This document shows, piece after piece, positions 31,528-42,309 of a stretch of 64,000 nucleotides of DNA (position 1 is the first letter of the stretch; the number at the start of each line of letters is the position of its first letter). Below the pieces are notes generated by a model. It had not been told where the DNA came from and did no database searches. It saw only the letters and a program-made list of their open reading frames with translations. The position numbers and the translations under genes are program-made. Source of the stretch: Caulobacteraceae bacterium (GTDB lineage: Bacteria; Pseudomonadota; Alphaproteobacteria; Caulobacterales; Caulobacteraceae); NCBI GenBank assembly GCA_027489335.1, contig JAIXZX010000005.1, positions 87,125-151,124 of the forward strand, in the 5' to 3' direction.

Positions 31528-32277
31528 TCAATTGGCCAGGGTCAGCACGATCGGTCCGTTACGGGTGGCGACCAGGGTGTGCTCGTACTGGACGGCCGGC
31601 CCGCCGCCGGTGGGGCGCAGGGTCCAGCCGTCGTCCAGCTCGTCCACCCAGTCTTCGCCCAGCGCCAGGAAGGGCTCGATGGTGAAGACCAGGCCCTCGG
31701 TGATCTGCCGGCGGTCGCGGGGCTCGTACCAGGTGGGAATGCTCTCCGGCTCCTCGTGCAGCGACCGGCCGACCCCATGGCTGGCGAGGTTGCGGATCAG
31801 GCTGTAGCCGTTCTTCTGGGCGAAGCCTTCGATGGACCGGCCGATGGCGTTCAGGGGCGCGCCAGGGCGCACCGCCCTGATGCCGCTCCACATGGCGCGA
31901 CGGCCGTCCCGGCACAGGCGCTCGACCCGGCGGGTGACCGGCGGCACGGCGAAGCTGGCGCCGGTATCGCCATAATAGCCGTCCAGCTCGGCCGACACGT
32001 CGATGTTCACCAGGTCCCCGGCGCAGATCTTCTGGTCGCCGGGTATGCCATGGGCCACGTCCGGCCCCACCGAGATGCAGGTGGCGCCGGGAAAGCCGTA
32101 GGCGAGCTCTGGCGCCGAGCGGGCGCCCTGGGCCTCCAGCAGGCCCCGGCCGATGGCGTCGAGCTCCCTGGTGGTCATGCCAGGCTCCAGCGCCTTGCCC
32201 ATGGCCTCCAGGGTCTGGGCGACCAGCCGGCCGATGGTCCGGAGCTTCTCCAGGTCTTCCTGGCTGCTGATGGTCAT
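31528..32277 (-). CDS. map: Type I methionine aminopeptidase
   Basis: VAHGIP, NIDVSA, GDTG, SHGVG, FTIEP and QYEHT motifs. Confidence 0.95.
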   Translation of the reverse strand: MTISSQEDLEKLRTIGRLVAQTLEAMGKALEPGMTTRELDAIGRGLLEAQGARSAPELAYGFPGATCISVGPDVAHGIPGDQKICAGDLVNIDVSAELDGYYGDTGASFAVPPVTRRVERLCRDGRRAMWSGIRAVRPGAPLNAIGRSIEGFAQKNGYSLIRNLASHGVGRSLHEEPESIPTWYEPRDRRQITEGLVFTIEPFLALGEDWVDELDDGWTLRPTGGGPAVQYEHTLVATRNGPIVLTLAN

Positions 32278-32301
32278 GGGAGGAGGCCTTCGGACAAATG
32301 G

Positions 32302-33285
32302 TCAGAGATCGGGACGGATGACGGCCTTGCCGACCACCTGGCGCAGGGCCAGGCTGTCGAAGGCGGCCCGCCAGTCGGCCAGGGGATATTCGGCATGGAC
32401 CCTGGGGGTGACGTGGCCGGCCTGCGCCAGCTCCCAGATGGCGGCCTGGTTCTCGCGGCCCTTATCGGGGAACTGGCGGCCATATTCCCCGGCCCGGACG
32501 CCCATCAGGGAGAAGCCCTTGATGAGCGCCATGTTGACGGGCAGCACCGGCAGTCGGCCAGACGTGAAGCCGATGGAGAGCAACCGCCCGTCGAAGGCGA
32601 TGCAGCGCACGCTCTCGTCGAACACGTCGCCGCCGACGGGGTCATAGATGATGTCGGCGCCCCGGCCGCCGGTAATGGCCTTGATCGCCTCGCGAAAGCC
32701 GCCGCTGACGTTCACGGTGGCCTCAGGGGCATAGTCAGCCGCGACGATGGCCAGCTTCTCGTCTGAGGCCGAGGCGGCGATCACCCGCAGTCCCAGGTGA
32801 TGGCCGAGGTCCACCGCCGCCAGGCCGACGCCGCCCGCCGCCCCATGGACCAGCAGCCACTCCCCAGGCTCGGCCCGGGCCCGGCGCACCAGGGAGACAT
32901 AGGCGGTGAGATAGGCCGTGGCGTAGCCCGCCGCCTGGCTGAAGGAGAGCCGCTCAGGCATGCGGCGCAGGCCCCCCGCCGGGGTGATGGCGAAGTCCGA
33001 AAAGCCGCCGATGCGGGCGCCGCCGACCACGGCCTCGCCGATCTCGAAATCTTCGACGCCCTCGCCCAGAGCGTCCACCTCGCCGGCGATCTCCATGCCG
33101 GGGATGAAGGGCAAGGGCGGCTTGTGCTGATATTCGCCGCGAGTCTGCAGCAGGTCGGGGAAATTGACCGCCGCGGCCCGCACGCGCACCCGCACCTCGC
33201 CCGGGCCCGGGGAGGGGGTGTCGACCTCTTTCAGGACGCAGCCGCCATAGTCGGCCGCCAGGGCCTCGACCACCAGGGCGCGCAT
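32302..33285 (-). CDS. NADPH:quinone oxidoreductase (zeta-crystallin/MDR family)
   Basis: AAVNFPD, PGMEIAG, HGAAGGVG and DPVGG motifs. Confidence 0.92.
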   Translation of the reverse strand: MRALVVEALAADYGGCVLKEVDTPSPGPGEVRVRVRAAAVNFPDLLQTRGEYQHKPPLPFIPGMEIAGEVDALGEGVEDFEIGEAVVGGARIGGFSDFAITPAGGLRRMPERLSFSQAAGYATAYLTAYVSLVRRARAEPGEWLLVHGAAGGVGLAAVDLGHHLGLRVIAASASDEKLAIVAADYAPEATVNVSGGFREAIKAITGGRGADIIYDPVGGDVFDESVRCIAFDGRLLSIGFTSGRLPVLPVNMALIKGFSLMGVRAGEYGRQFPDKGRENQAAIWELAQAGHVTPRVHAEYPLADWRAAFDSLALRQVVGKAVIRPDL

Positions 33286-33298
33286 CAGCGGGCGCCGA

Positions 33299-33925
33299 TC
33301 ATGGGACGGGCTGGGCCTTCGGCAGGCCCTTGAGGCCTGACAGGATCAGGGCGGTGGAGAAGGCTGTGGCGCCCTCTACGTCCACCGGCCTGCGGCTCAC
33401 CATCTGTTCGCCCACCTCGCGGGCGATGGCGATGCAGGCGCCGGCCAGATAGTCGGCGTCGGCGGCCGGCGCGGCGCCGCGGGCGATCTCGTCGAGAATG
33501 GCGGCGCGCACCTCGTTGAACACCGCTTCCATCTCCGGGGTCTGGCCGTGGACGTAGAGATGCTCCTCGGCTTCGCGCCGGTCGGCCCACTGCTGGTGCT
33601 CGTCGGCCAGGAACTGGAAATAGGCCTGGAGGGCTGAGCGCACGAAGCCTTCGAAGTCGGCGTTCTGGCTGCGCAGGGCCTTGAGGATCGGGGCGAACCG
33701 CCGGGCGCCGTCATCGGCCAGGGCGGCGAACACCTCCTCCTTCGACTTGAAGTAGTTGTAGAAGGTGCCCGCCGCGAGGCCCGTACGGCGGATGATGTCG
33801 CGCACGGTGCACGGCTCATAGCCGATCTCACCGAACACCTCGCGGGCGGCGTCCAGGATGGCGGTCCGGTTCTGGACCTTGGTCTTGGCCCGCTTTCCGA
33901 TCGGAAGAATGGCGACCTGGGACAT
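33299..33925 (-). CDS. TetR/AcrR family transcriptional regulator
   Basis: TVRDIIRRTGLAAGTFYNYFKSKEE HTH. Confidence 0.94.
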   Translation of the reverse strand: MSQVAILPIGKRAKTKVQNRTAILDAAREVFGEIGYEPCTVRDIIRRTGLAAGTFYNYFKSKEEVFAALADDGARRFAPILKALRSQNADFEGFVRSALQAYFQFLADEHQQWADRREAEEHLYVHGQTPEMEAVFNEVRAAILDEIARGAAPAADADYLAGACIAIAREVGEQMVSRRPVDVEGATAFSTALILSGLKGLPKAQPVP

Positions 33926-33942
33926 GCGACTCCGTACGCGAA

Positions 33943-33958
33943 ACTGACGGGCGTCATT
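33943..33958. promoter_or_regulatory. Putative TetR operator
   Basis: Palindrome TGACG-GG-CGTCA 20-31 nt upstream of the tetR start. Confidence 0.5.
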
Positions 33959-34065
33959 CTAGGACGTGGTCTGGTTTAGCGCCACTGCTCTGCGGTCGGA
34001 AGGTGAATGGCCGCGAGAATCGGTCCCGACCGCCCGGCGCCCGGGCGCCCGCTGACCGATGAGGA

Positions 34066-34458
34066 TCAGCCTGGCGGACCGCCGGCGCCCGGTCCGCAAC
34101 CCAGCCGGCATTGGCCCCAGGCCTGAGCGCACTCGTCCGAGCCGTCGCCGGCCAGGCAGAAGTAATAGGTCTGGGCGCAGGACATCCGGCAGGCCTGGGC
34201 GTCCGGGGGAATGGGGCTCGACATCACCAGCGAACCTGTAAGGGGCCTCAGGCCAAGGCTGAGGGGCGCGGAGCCCTCGGCCGCCTCCGGGGCGTCGCCG
34301 CCGTCTTCGGGGCCGTCCAGGAAGGCTCCAGCCCCGCGCAGGCCAAGGGCTGTGGCGCCCGGCCGCTGATCCAGGGACAGTCGTCCGTCCGTCTGCGCCG
34401 CCGCAGGGGCGGACAGGCCGAGAAGGACCGTCAGGAGAAGGGCCAGGGCTGAACGCAT
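34066..34458 (-). CDS. Secreted protein with C-terminal six-cysteine domain (130 aa)
   Basis: Signal peptide MRSALALLLTVLLGLSAPAAA; CX3CX6CX8CX6CX3C motif; start corrected to ATG 34458. Confidence 0.75.
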   Translation of the reverse strand: MRSALALLLTVLLGLSAPAAAQTDGRLSLDQRPGATALGLRGAGAFLDGPEDGGDAPEAAEGSAPLSLGLRPLTGSLVMSSPIPPDAQACRMSCAQTYYFCLAGDGSDECAQAWGQCRLGCGPGAGGPPG

Positions 34459-34481
34459 GCCGCAACCCTGAGCCTGAGCCG

Positions 34482-34498
34482 TTAAGACCCGATTAACC
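34482..34498. promoter_or_regulatory. Perfect CtrA binding site
   Basis: TTAA-GACCCGA-TTAACC, 24 nt upstream of the ATG at 34458. Confidence 0.75.
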
Positions 34499-34521
34499 AC
34501 GTTCGTCCCAGGGCCTGCGGA

Positions 34522-35439
34522 TCAGACTGTGCGTTGGGCCCGGTCCTTGGCGTTGGTCGACTGGATCGCCTCGCGGGCCGCCTGCCACTCCTCATCGCCC
34601 CAGGCCCGCAGGCGGGAGAAGTTGCCGCCGGTGGCCTGCCAGGCGGCCCCATCGATGGCGATGGTCTGGCCGTTCACATAGGCCGACAGGGGATGCAGCA
34701 GATAGACGGCCAGATTGGCCAATTCGCGCATGTCGCCCACGCGGCCCATGGGGTTGCTGCTCATATCGCCATAGGCGCCGCCGCTCTCCTCGGCCTGGCC
34801 GGGATTGAGACGGGCGCTCATGCCTTCGGTGGGGAAGGGGCCTGGCGCGATGTTGTTGAAGCGGATGCCGTAGGAGCCCCATTCCACCGCCAGGGACTGG
34901 CTCATGGCCGCGATGCCGGCCTTCGACATGGCTGAGGGCACGGTGAAGGGGCCGCCGTTCCAGATCCAGGTGACCAGGATGGAGACGACGGACGCCTTTC
35001 GGCCCTCGGCGATCCACCGCTTGCCGCAGCCTTGGGTGACGAAGAAGGCCCCGCGGAAAACGATGTTGGAGATGGCGTCGAAGCCCCGGGGCGAGAGGTC
35101 CTCGGTACGGCTGATGAAGTTGCCCGCCGCATTGTTGACCAGGCCGGTCAGGGCGCCCCCGTCGGACCAGATCGTGTCCAGCATGGCCTCGATGGCCTCG
35201 GGCACGCGGATGTCGCAGGCCAGGCCCACGCACTTGCCCCCATGGGCGGCCATCAGCTCGGTGGCGGTCGCCTCCACCACACCGCCGCGACGGCCGCAGA
35301 TATAGACCTCGGCGCCGAGCATCAGGCAGGCCTCGGCCATGACCTTGCCCAGGCCCGTGCCGCCGCCGGTGATCAGGATCCGTTCGCCGGCCATCAGGCC
35401 GGGACGGAACATCAGGTCGTTCATCTCAAGCTGAGCCAT
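34522..35439 (-). CDS. SDR oxidoreductase, 2,4-dienoyl-CoA reductase-like
   Basis: TGGGTGLG, NNAAGNF, SAMSKAG and NIAPGP motifs. Confidence 0.9.
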   Translation of the reverse strand: MAQLEMNDLMFRPGLMAGERILITGGGTGLGKVMAEACLMLGAEVYICGRRGGVVEATATELMAAHGGKCVGLACDIRVPEAIEAMLDTIWSDGGALTGLVNNAAGNFISRTEDLSPRGFDAISNIVFRGAFFVTQGCGKRWIAEGRKASVVSILVTWIWNGGPFTVPSAMSKAGIAAMSQSLAVEWGSYGIRFNNIAPGPFPTEGMSARLNPGQAEESGGAYGDMSSNPMGRVGDMRELANLAVYLLHPLSAYVNGQTIAIDGAAWQATGGNFSRLRAWGDEEWQAAREAIQSTNAKDRAQRTV

Positions 35440-35521
35440 GGCCGTTCCCTCTGTGCTTTTGTCGGCTCAGATGCGGCCTGCTGACGCCGCGGCGGTCAAG
35501 TCCGGGCGTCATCCGCGCCCC

Positions 35522-35556
35522 AAAACGAAAGAAGCGCGCGGGGGGCCGCGCGCTTC
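35522..35556 (-). terminator. Intrinsic terminator of the MCP gene
   Basis: GAAGCGCGCGG/CCGCGCGCTTC stem followed by TTTCGTTTT on the minus strand. Confidence 0.8.
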
Positions 35557-35583
35557 GGATCGTGCTTGGAGAAAGGTTGGGGT

Positions 35584-37533
35584 TCAGAACTCTTCCCAGC
35601 CCTCTTCCTCGGCCTGGGGCTTCATGGCCAGGGCGGTGGCGCCGTGGCTGACAGGCCGCTGGGCCGGCCGCGGATCGGCCCGGGGCGCGGTGCGGGCGGG
35701 CGCCGCGCTTGGCCGGGGCGGGGCCGCGGCGTGAACCGCAGACAGCTTGAAGCGGGCCACCAGGCGCGAGAGTTCGCGGGCCTCGTCGGCCAGGACGCGG
35801 CTGGCGGCGGTGGACTGTTCGACCATGGCCGCGTTCTGCTGGGTGACGTGGTCCATCTCGTTGACCGCCGTATTGACCTGGGCGAGGCCGAGCGCCTCTT
35901 CCTTGGCCGAGGCGGCGATTTCGGAGACGAGGCCATTGATCTCGGTGACCTGGGTGACGATCCGCTCCAGGGCCTTGCCGGTCTCGCCCACCAGGCCGAC
36001 CCCTTGGGCCACCTGTTCGGTGGAGGCGCTGATTAGGGCCTTGATCTCCTTGGCGGCCTCGGCCGAGCGCTGGGCCAGGGCCCGGACTTCGGAGGCGACC
36101 ACGGCGAAGCCGCGGCCGGCGTCGCCGGCCCGGGCGGCTTCCACGCCGGCGTTCAGGGCCAGGAGGTTGGTCTGGAAGGCGATCTCGTCGATGACGCCGA
36201 TGATCTGGCTGATCTGGGCCGAGGACTGTTCGATCTGGCCCATGGCCGAAACCGCGCGGCGGACCACTTCGCCGGAGCGTTCGGCGTCGGCCCGGGCGGA
36301 GGTCACAGCCTCCCGGCCCTGATCTGCGCCGCTGGAGGTCTTCTGAACCGTGGCGGTGATCTCATCGAGGGCCGCCGCGGTCTCTTCCAGGGTGGCCGCC
36401 TGATGCTCGGTGCGCCGCGACAGGTCGTCGGCGCCGCTGGAGATCTCGGTGGCGCCTGAGGTGATCGACAGGGTGGTGGAGGAGATGGCGCCCATCACCT
36501 CTTCCAGCTTGGCGACGGCGGCGTTGAAGTCGTCGCGGAGCTTCTGGTACTCGCCCGGGAAGCTCTCTTCGAGCCGGTAGGTCAGATCGCCATCGGCGAG
36601 GCGGTCCATGGCGAGCGCCAGGGCGCCCACGACACGGGACTGTTCCTCTGCGACGGCGGCGGCGGCGTCGGCGCTCTGGCGGCGGGTCTCCTCGGCGCTC
36701 TGGCGGGTGGCCTCCTGCTCCTCGCGGAGCCGTTCCATCTGAATCTGATTGTCGCGGAAGACGGTCAGTGAGCGCACGATAGCGCCCAGCTCGTCCTTGC
36801 GGGCCAGCTCATCGAGCTTGACCTCGTTGTCGCCCCGGGAAAGGCGCTCGGTGGCGCCGGCGATGCGCTGGACAGCGCCGCGCATGGTCAGGACGGACAT
36901 CAGGGCCAGGGCGCCGGCGGCCAGCAGGGTGACAAGCACCGCAGCGATCGTGATGTTCTGGGACATGGCGGCGCGGGCTTCGCTGGCCGCGGCCCGCTGA
37001 TCGGTGGCGGCCTGGGTGGCCTCGACGATGCCCGCCAGATTGACGGTCATCTCCTTGTACTGCTCCTCGAAGGGCGCAGCGAAGCTTGCGGCGGTGGTGA
37101 AGTCGACGCCGATCATGGCCATGATCACGTCCAGGGCGTCCCGGGTCTCTTTCAAGTCGGCGATCAGGGTGTCAAAGGCCGCATGCTGGGTCGCCGGCGC
37201 GGCGGCCTTGGCCGCCTCGGCCTCGGCGGCGATGGCGTCGACCTCGACCAGCATCGCCTGACCGCGGCCTTCAATGGCCCCCACCTCAATGCCGGCGGCC
37301 TGTTGGGTCAGCAGGTAGTAGAGTTCGCCGTGAACATTGTTGATCCGCTCGGAAATCCGCTGGATCCGCAGGCTGTTGGGCATATCGGTGTGGACGACCT
37401 GACGAAGTGTGTCGGTCTGGGCCCGCTGCATGACGATCGTCCCAGCGGCCAGCGCCGCAAGCATGATCAGGGCGAAGGCCGGCGCGAAGCCGATCTTCAC
37501 GATCAATGGTAAGTCTACGAGCCGAAACCGCAT
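35584..37533 (-). CDS. Methyl-accepting chemotaxis protein (McpA-type)
   Basis: Two TM helices, HAMP domains, IAFQTNLLALNAGVEAARAG signalling hairpin, C-terminal GWEEF pentapeptide; start probably ATG 37533. Confidence 0.95.
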   Translation of the reverse strand: MRFRLVDLPLIVKIGFAPAFALIMLAALAAGTIVMQRAQTDTLRQVVHTDMPNSLRIQRISERINNVHGELYYLLTQQAAGIEVGAIEGRGQAMLVEVDAIAAEAEAAKAAAPATQHAAFDTLIADLKETRDALDVIMAMIGVDFTTAASFAAPFEEQYKEMTVNLAGIVEATQAATDQRAAASEARAAMSQNITIAAVLVTLLAAGALALMSVLTMRGAVQRIAGATERLSRGDNEVKLDELARKDELGAIVRSLTVFRDNQIQMERLREEQEATRQSAEETRRQSADAAAAVAEEQSRVVGALALAMDRLADGDLTYRLEESFPGEYQKLRDDFNAAVAKLEEVMGAISSTTLSITSGATEISSGADDLSRRTEHQAATLEETAAALDEITATVQKTSSGADQGREAVTSARADAERSGEVVRRAVSAMGQIEQSSAQISQIIGVIDEIAFQTNLLALNAGVEAARAGDAGRGFAVVASEVRALAQRSAEAAKEIKALISASTEQVAQGVGLVGETGKALERIVTQVTEINGLVSEIAASAKEEALGLAQVNTAVNEMDHVTQQNAAMVEQSTAASRVLADEARELSRLVARFKLSAVHAAAPPRPSAAPARTAPRADPRPAQRPVSHGATALAMKPQAEEEGWEEF

Positions 37534-37586
37534 CTGACGCCCAATCCCCCGTGGCCAAAACATTACCCATGTGGCGGGAGCATGAT

Positions 37587-37765
37587 GAATCGCAGGTGCT
37601 AACAGTTCCTAACCGTGGGTTGCGGATTCGCGCGGCTTCGCACCGCCCGTTCGGAGTCTATAGAGACTCCTCAAATGAAAGCACGCCGCGCGCAGGTAGA
37701 AAAACATGGTTTATTTGCGTTTACCCTCATTTTCCTGCGCGAATTAGACAATTTTAACCTGAATC
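37587..37765. promoter_or_regulatory. Divergent promoter with five GANTC (CcrM) sites and a degenerate CtrA-like site
   Basis: GANTC at 37587, 37625, 37654, 37665 and 37761; ATTAGAC-AATT-TTAACC at 37743-37759. Confidence 0.55.
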
Positions 37766-37806
37766 CCTGATGGTGTGCACACTTCCGGTCTAGAAGGAGT
37801 GGGTAG

Positions 37807-38112
37807 GTGAAAAACATCATCGCAGTGGGTGGGGGCGTCCTCATCAGCCTCGTTCTGGCTTCCGCATCCGCGGCGGCCTCTTTTGAAGAAAGCATGGCGC
37901 GCTGTATTTCCAAGCACGCCAATACGCGCGACGCGGCGACCGTCATGCTGGAATGCAATGCTGACGGCGGTAAGCTGTCGGCCTGCAAGGTCCTGCAGGA
38001 CAGCGCCGCCGGCAAGGGCTTCGACAAGGCCGCGCTCTGCGTCGCCGACGCCCTGCCGATGGGTTCCAAGACGGGCCAGGTTAAGGTCCCGATGCGGTTC
38101 CCGGGCAGCTAA
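37807..38112 (+). CDS. Small exported protein with TonB C-terminal-like domain
   Basis: GGAG RBS 7 nt before GTG; signal peptide; VMLECNADGGKLSACKVLQDSAAGKGFDKAAL resembles TonB-C domains; four Cys. Confidence 0.65.
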   Translation: MKNIIAVGGGVLISLVLASASAAASFEESMARCISKHANTRDAATVMLECNADGGKLSACKVLQDSAAGKGFDKAALCVADALPMGSKTGQVKVPMRFPGS

Positions 38113-38140
38113 ACTCGAGAATTCATATTCTTGACGATCC

Positions 38141-38175
38141 GACGCCCCCGCAGCCTGCTGCGGGGGCGTCTTTCG
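38141..38175 (+). terminator. Intrinsic terminator
   Basis: 13-bp perfect stem GACGCCCCCGCAG/CTGCGGGGGCGTC followed by TTTCG. Confidence 0.8.
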
Positions 38176-38988
38176 TTATCGGGCGTGAAAGCGAGGGTCG
38201 ATCCGGCTCATCAGGGCCTGGGCCGCCGCCGGGGCCCGCACCTTTCCCTCGCTGATGAAGAAGGCGAAGACCTCGCGTCCGGCCGAATGGTCAGGCGTCG
38301 GCGTGATACGCGGCAGATCCGTCGGCGCGCCGCCCTCGGCATAGGCCTCCAACCGCTGCGCCCAGCGATCGAGGGCGTCAGGGGCGTAGCCGGTCTCGAT
38401 GTCGTCGGCGCCAGCCATCAGCCGGGCATAGACGAAGTCCGCCGTCGGATCGGCGATCATCGGAAACTCAGCGTGTTCGGTCAGACAGACCGCCACGTTT
38501 CGCGCCCGGCACAGGTCGAGAAAAGCCTCCTGCGCGAAGCTTTCATGCCGCACCTCGACCACGTGACGAAGGGGCCGACCCGCCAGGCTCTCCGGCAGCA
38601 GATTAAGGAAGCCCTCGAAGTCGTCGCGGTCGAACCGCTTGGTGGCCATGAACTGCCACAGGATCGGACCCAGCCGGTCGCCGAGCTCGATGAGCCCCTG
38701 GTCGAGAAACTTGCCGATCGACTCCCCGCCTTCAGCCAACACCTTGCGGTTGGTGCAGAAGCGCGAGGCCTTAACCGTGAAGATAAACCCTTCCGGGGTC
38801 GCCGCGGCCCATTTGGCGAAGCTCTCGGGCTTCTGGCTGGAATAGTAGGTCGAATTGATCTCGATGACCGGCAGGTGAGCGCTGGCATAGGCCAGCTCAT
38901 CGGCCTGGCGCAGCCCCTTGGGATAGAAGACGCCCCGCCAGGGTTCGAAGGTCCAGCCGCCGATTCCGGCGCGCACCTGCCTGCTCAT
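38176..38988 (-). CDS. DUF72 domain-containing protein
   Basis: GIGGWTFEPW, EINSTYY, FTVKAS, VEVRHESF and YARLMAG patterns. Confidence 0.9.
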   Translation of the reverse strand: MSRQVRAGIGGWTFEPWRGVFYPKGLRQADELAYASAHLPVIEINSTYYSSQKPESFAKWAAATPEGFIFTVKASRFCTNRKVLAEGGESIGKFLDQGLIELGDRLGPILWQFMATKRFDRDDFEGFLNLLPESLAGRPLRHVVEVRHESFAQEAFLDLCRARNVAVCLTEHAEFPMIADPTADFVYARLMAGADDIETGYAPDALDRWAQRLEAYAEGGAPTDLPRITPTPDHSAGREVFAFFISEGKVRAPAAAQALMSRIDPRFHAR

Positions 38989-39001
38989 CGATGCCTGTCC
39001 T

Positions 39002-40660
<1,659 letters not shown>

Positions 40661-40880
40661 GATGATTCTGCACATGATTGGGGGTTGCTGCGACCCTATC
40701 TGCGGCCCATGTGTCGCGCCACCGTCGGAATGCCCGGCGGCGCCCGGTCTGGTTTGTATCGTCCCTGCAATCACCGCGTCGCAGACCTGTGGTCTGGGAA
40801 CCCTCGCCGCCCGGGGGTCAGGGACCTGAAGCTGGGCTATGATGACTTCTGATTCGCGGCCGAGGCCCACCAGGACTGCC

Positions 40881-42299
40881 ATGCGTCTGCAGACTTCGCT
40901 CGCCCTTCTCACGCTCCTGTCGCTTGGCGCCTGCGCGACCCCGCGGGAGGCCCGCATCGACCTGCCGCAGGCCTATCCGGTGACCGGCGCGGCCGAGACC
41001 CAGGTCCTGGACCAGTGGTGGCTGGCCTTCAACGACCCCGAACTCACCGCCCTGGTCGATGAGGCTCTGACCCGCAGTCCGGACGCCCAGAGCGCCGAGG
41101 CCCGCCTGCGAGAGGCGCGCCTGACCGCCGCCAGCGCGCTCACCACCTTTCTGCCCCAGGGCCAGCTGACCGGCTCGGGCCGGCGGACCGAGACCGAGCA
41201 GGTGGATGGCCAGGAGATCACCATCCCGGGCTTTTCCACCTCCGGAACCAGCGAGACCTATCAGGCCAATTTCAATGTGAGCTGGGAGCTGGACCTGTTT
41301 GGCCGCTTCTTTGCGGTCCGGCGCGCGGCGCAGGGCGATACGGCCGCGGCCCGCTTCGCCTATGAGGGCGCCCGGGCGAGCCTGGCCGCCAATGTGGCCG
41401 ACGCCTATTTCCAGGCCCGCGGCCTGGCCATCCAGCTGGCCGACGCCCGGGAAAGCGCCCGCATCCAGCGCTCGCTCTATGACCTCGTGGAGCGCCGGGT
41501 TCAGGCGGGGCTCACCGCCCGGCTGGAATCCGACCGGGTCGCCGGCGAACTGGCCCAGGCCGACGGCCAGGTCGAAAGCCTGGAGGCTGAGCTGCAGGCT
41601 CAGCAGCGGACCCTGCTGGTGCTGGTGGGCCGGGGTACGGCGCCCCTGGACGATGTCTCCACCCCTCCGCTGAGCGCCCTGCCGCCGCCGGTTCCCGCCG
41701 CCATTCCGGGCGAACTTCTGGCCCGCCGACCCGATGTGCGCGAGGCTGAGGCCCGGGTGCGCTCGGCGGCTGGCCGGCTGGCCTACGCGCAGCTGGCCTT
41801 TTTCCCTACCTTCAATCTGACCCCCGGGCTTGGCATTTCCCGCAGCGAGCAGCCGGGCTATTCGGCCACCACCCAGAACTGGAGCATCGGGGCTTCAGTC
41901 GTTCAGCCGGTGCTGAATATTCCGCAGCTGATGCTGGACCTCAAGGCGCAGGACGCGCGCACCGAGCAGGCCGTGATCGCCTATGAGAAGGTGGTCCAGA
42001 CCGCCTATGCGGAGGCCGAGAGCGCGCTGACCCGCCTGTCGGCCGATCGTCGCCGGGTCGAGCTGCTGGCCGATGGCGAGGCCAGGGCTGAGCGCGCCTA
42101 CACCTCCGCCCGTCTGGGCTACGACGCCGGCCTGACGGATCTGAACACCGCGCTCAGCGCCGAACAGGTCTGGCGGGCCACGCGGGCGCAACTGACCAGC
42201 GCCCAGGTCCAGGCTCAGCGCCGGGCGGTGCAGGCCTACAAGGCTCTGGGCGGCGGCTGGCCGTCCCAGACCCTCCCCCTCAACACCCAAGCCCGCTGA
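40881..42299 (+). CDS. RND efflux outer membrane factor (NodT/OprM-like lipoprotein)
   Basis: Lipobox LGAC; SWELDLFGR, LLARRPDV and YKALGGGW motifs. Confidence 0.94.
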   Translation: MRLQTSLALLTLLSLGACATPREARIDLPQAYPVTGAAETQVLDQWWLAFNDPELTALVDEALTRSPDAQSAEARLREARLTAASALTTFLPQGQLTGSGRRTETEQVDGQEITIPGFSTSGTSETYQANFNVSWELDLFGRFFAVRRAAQGDTAAARFAYEGARASLAANVADAYFQARGLAIQLADARESARIQRSLYDLVERRVQAGLTARLESDRVAGELAQADGQVESLEAELQAQQRTLLVLVGRGTAPLDDVSTPPLSALPPPVPAAIPGELLARRPDVREAEARVRSAAGRLAYAQLAFFPTFNLTPGLGISRSEQPGYSATTQNWSIGASVVQPVLNIPQLMLDLKAQDARTEQAVIAYEKVVQTAYAEAESALTRLSADRRRVELLADGEARAERAYTSARLGYDAGLTDLNTALSAEQVWRATRAQLTSAQVQAQRRAVQAYKALGGGWPSQTLPLNTQAR

Positions 42300-42309
42300 G
42301 GCGGACGGC

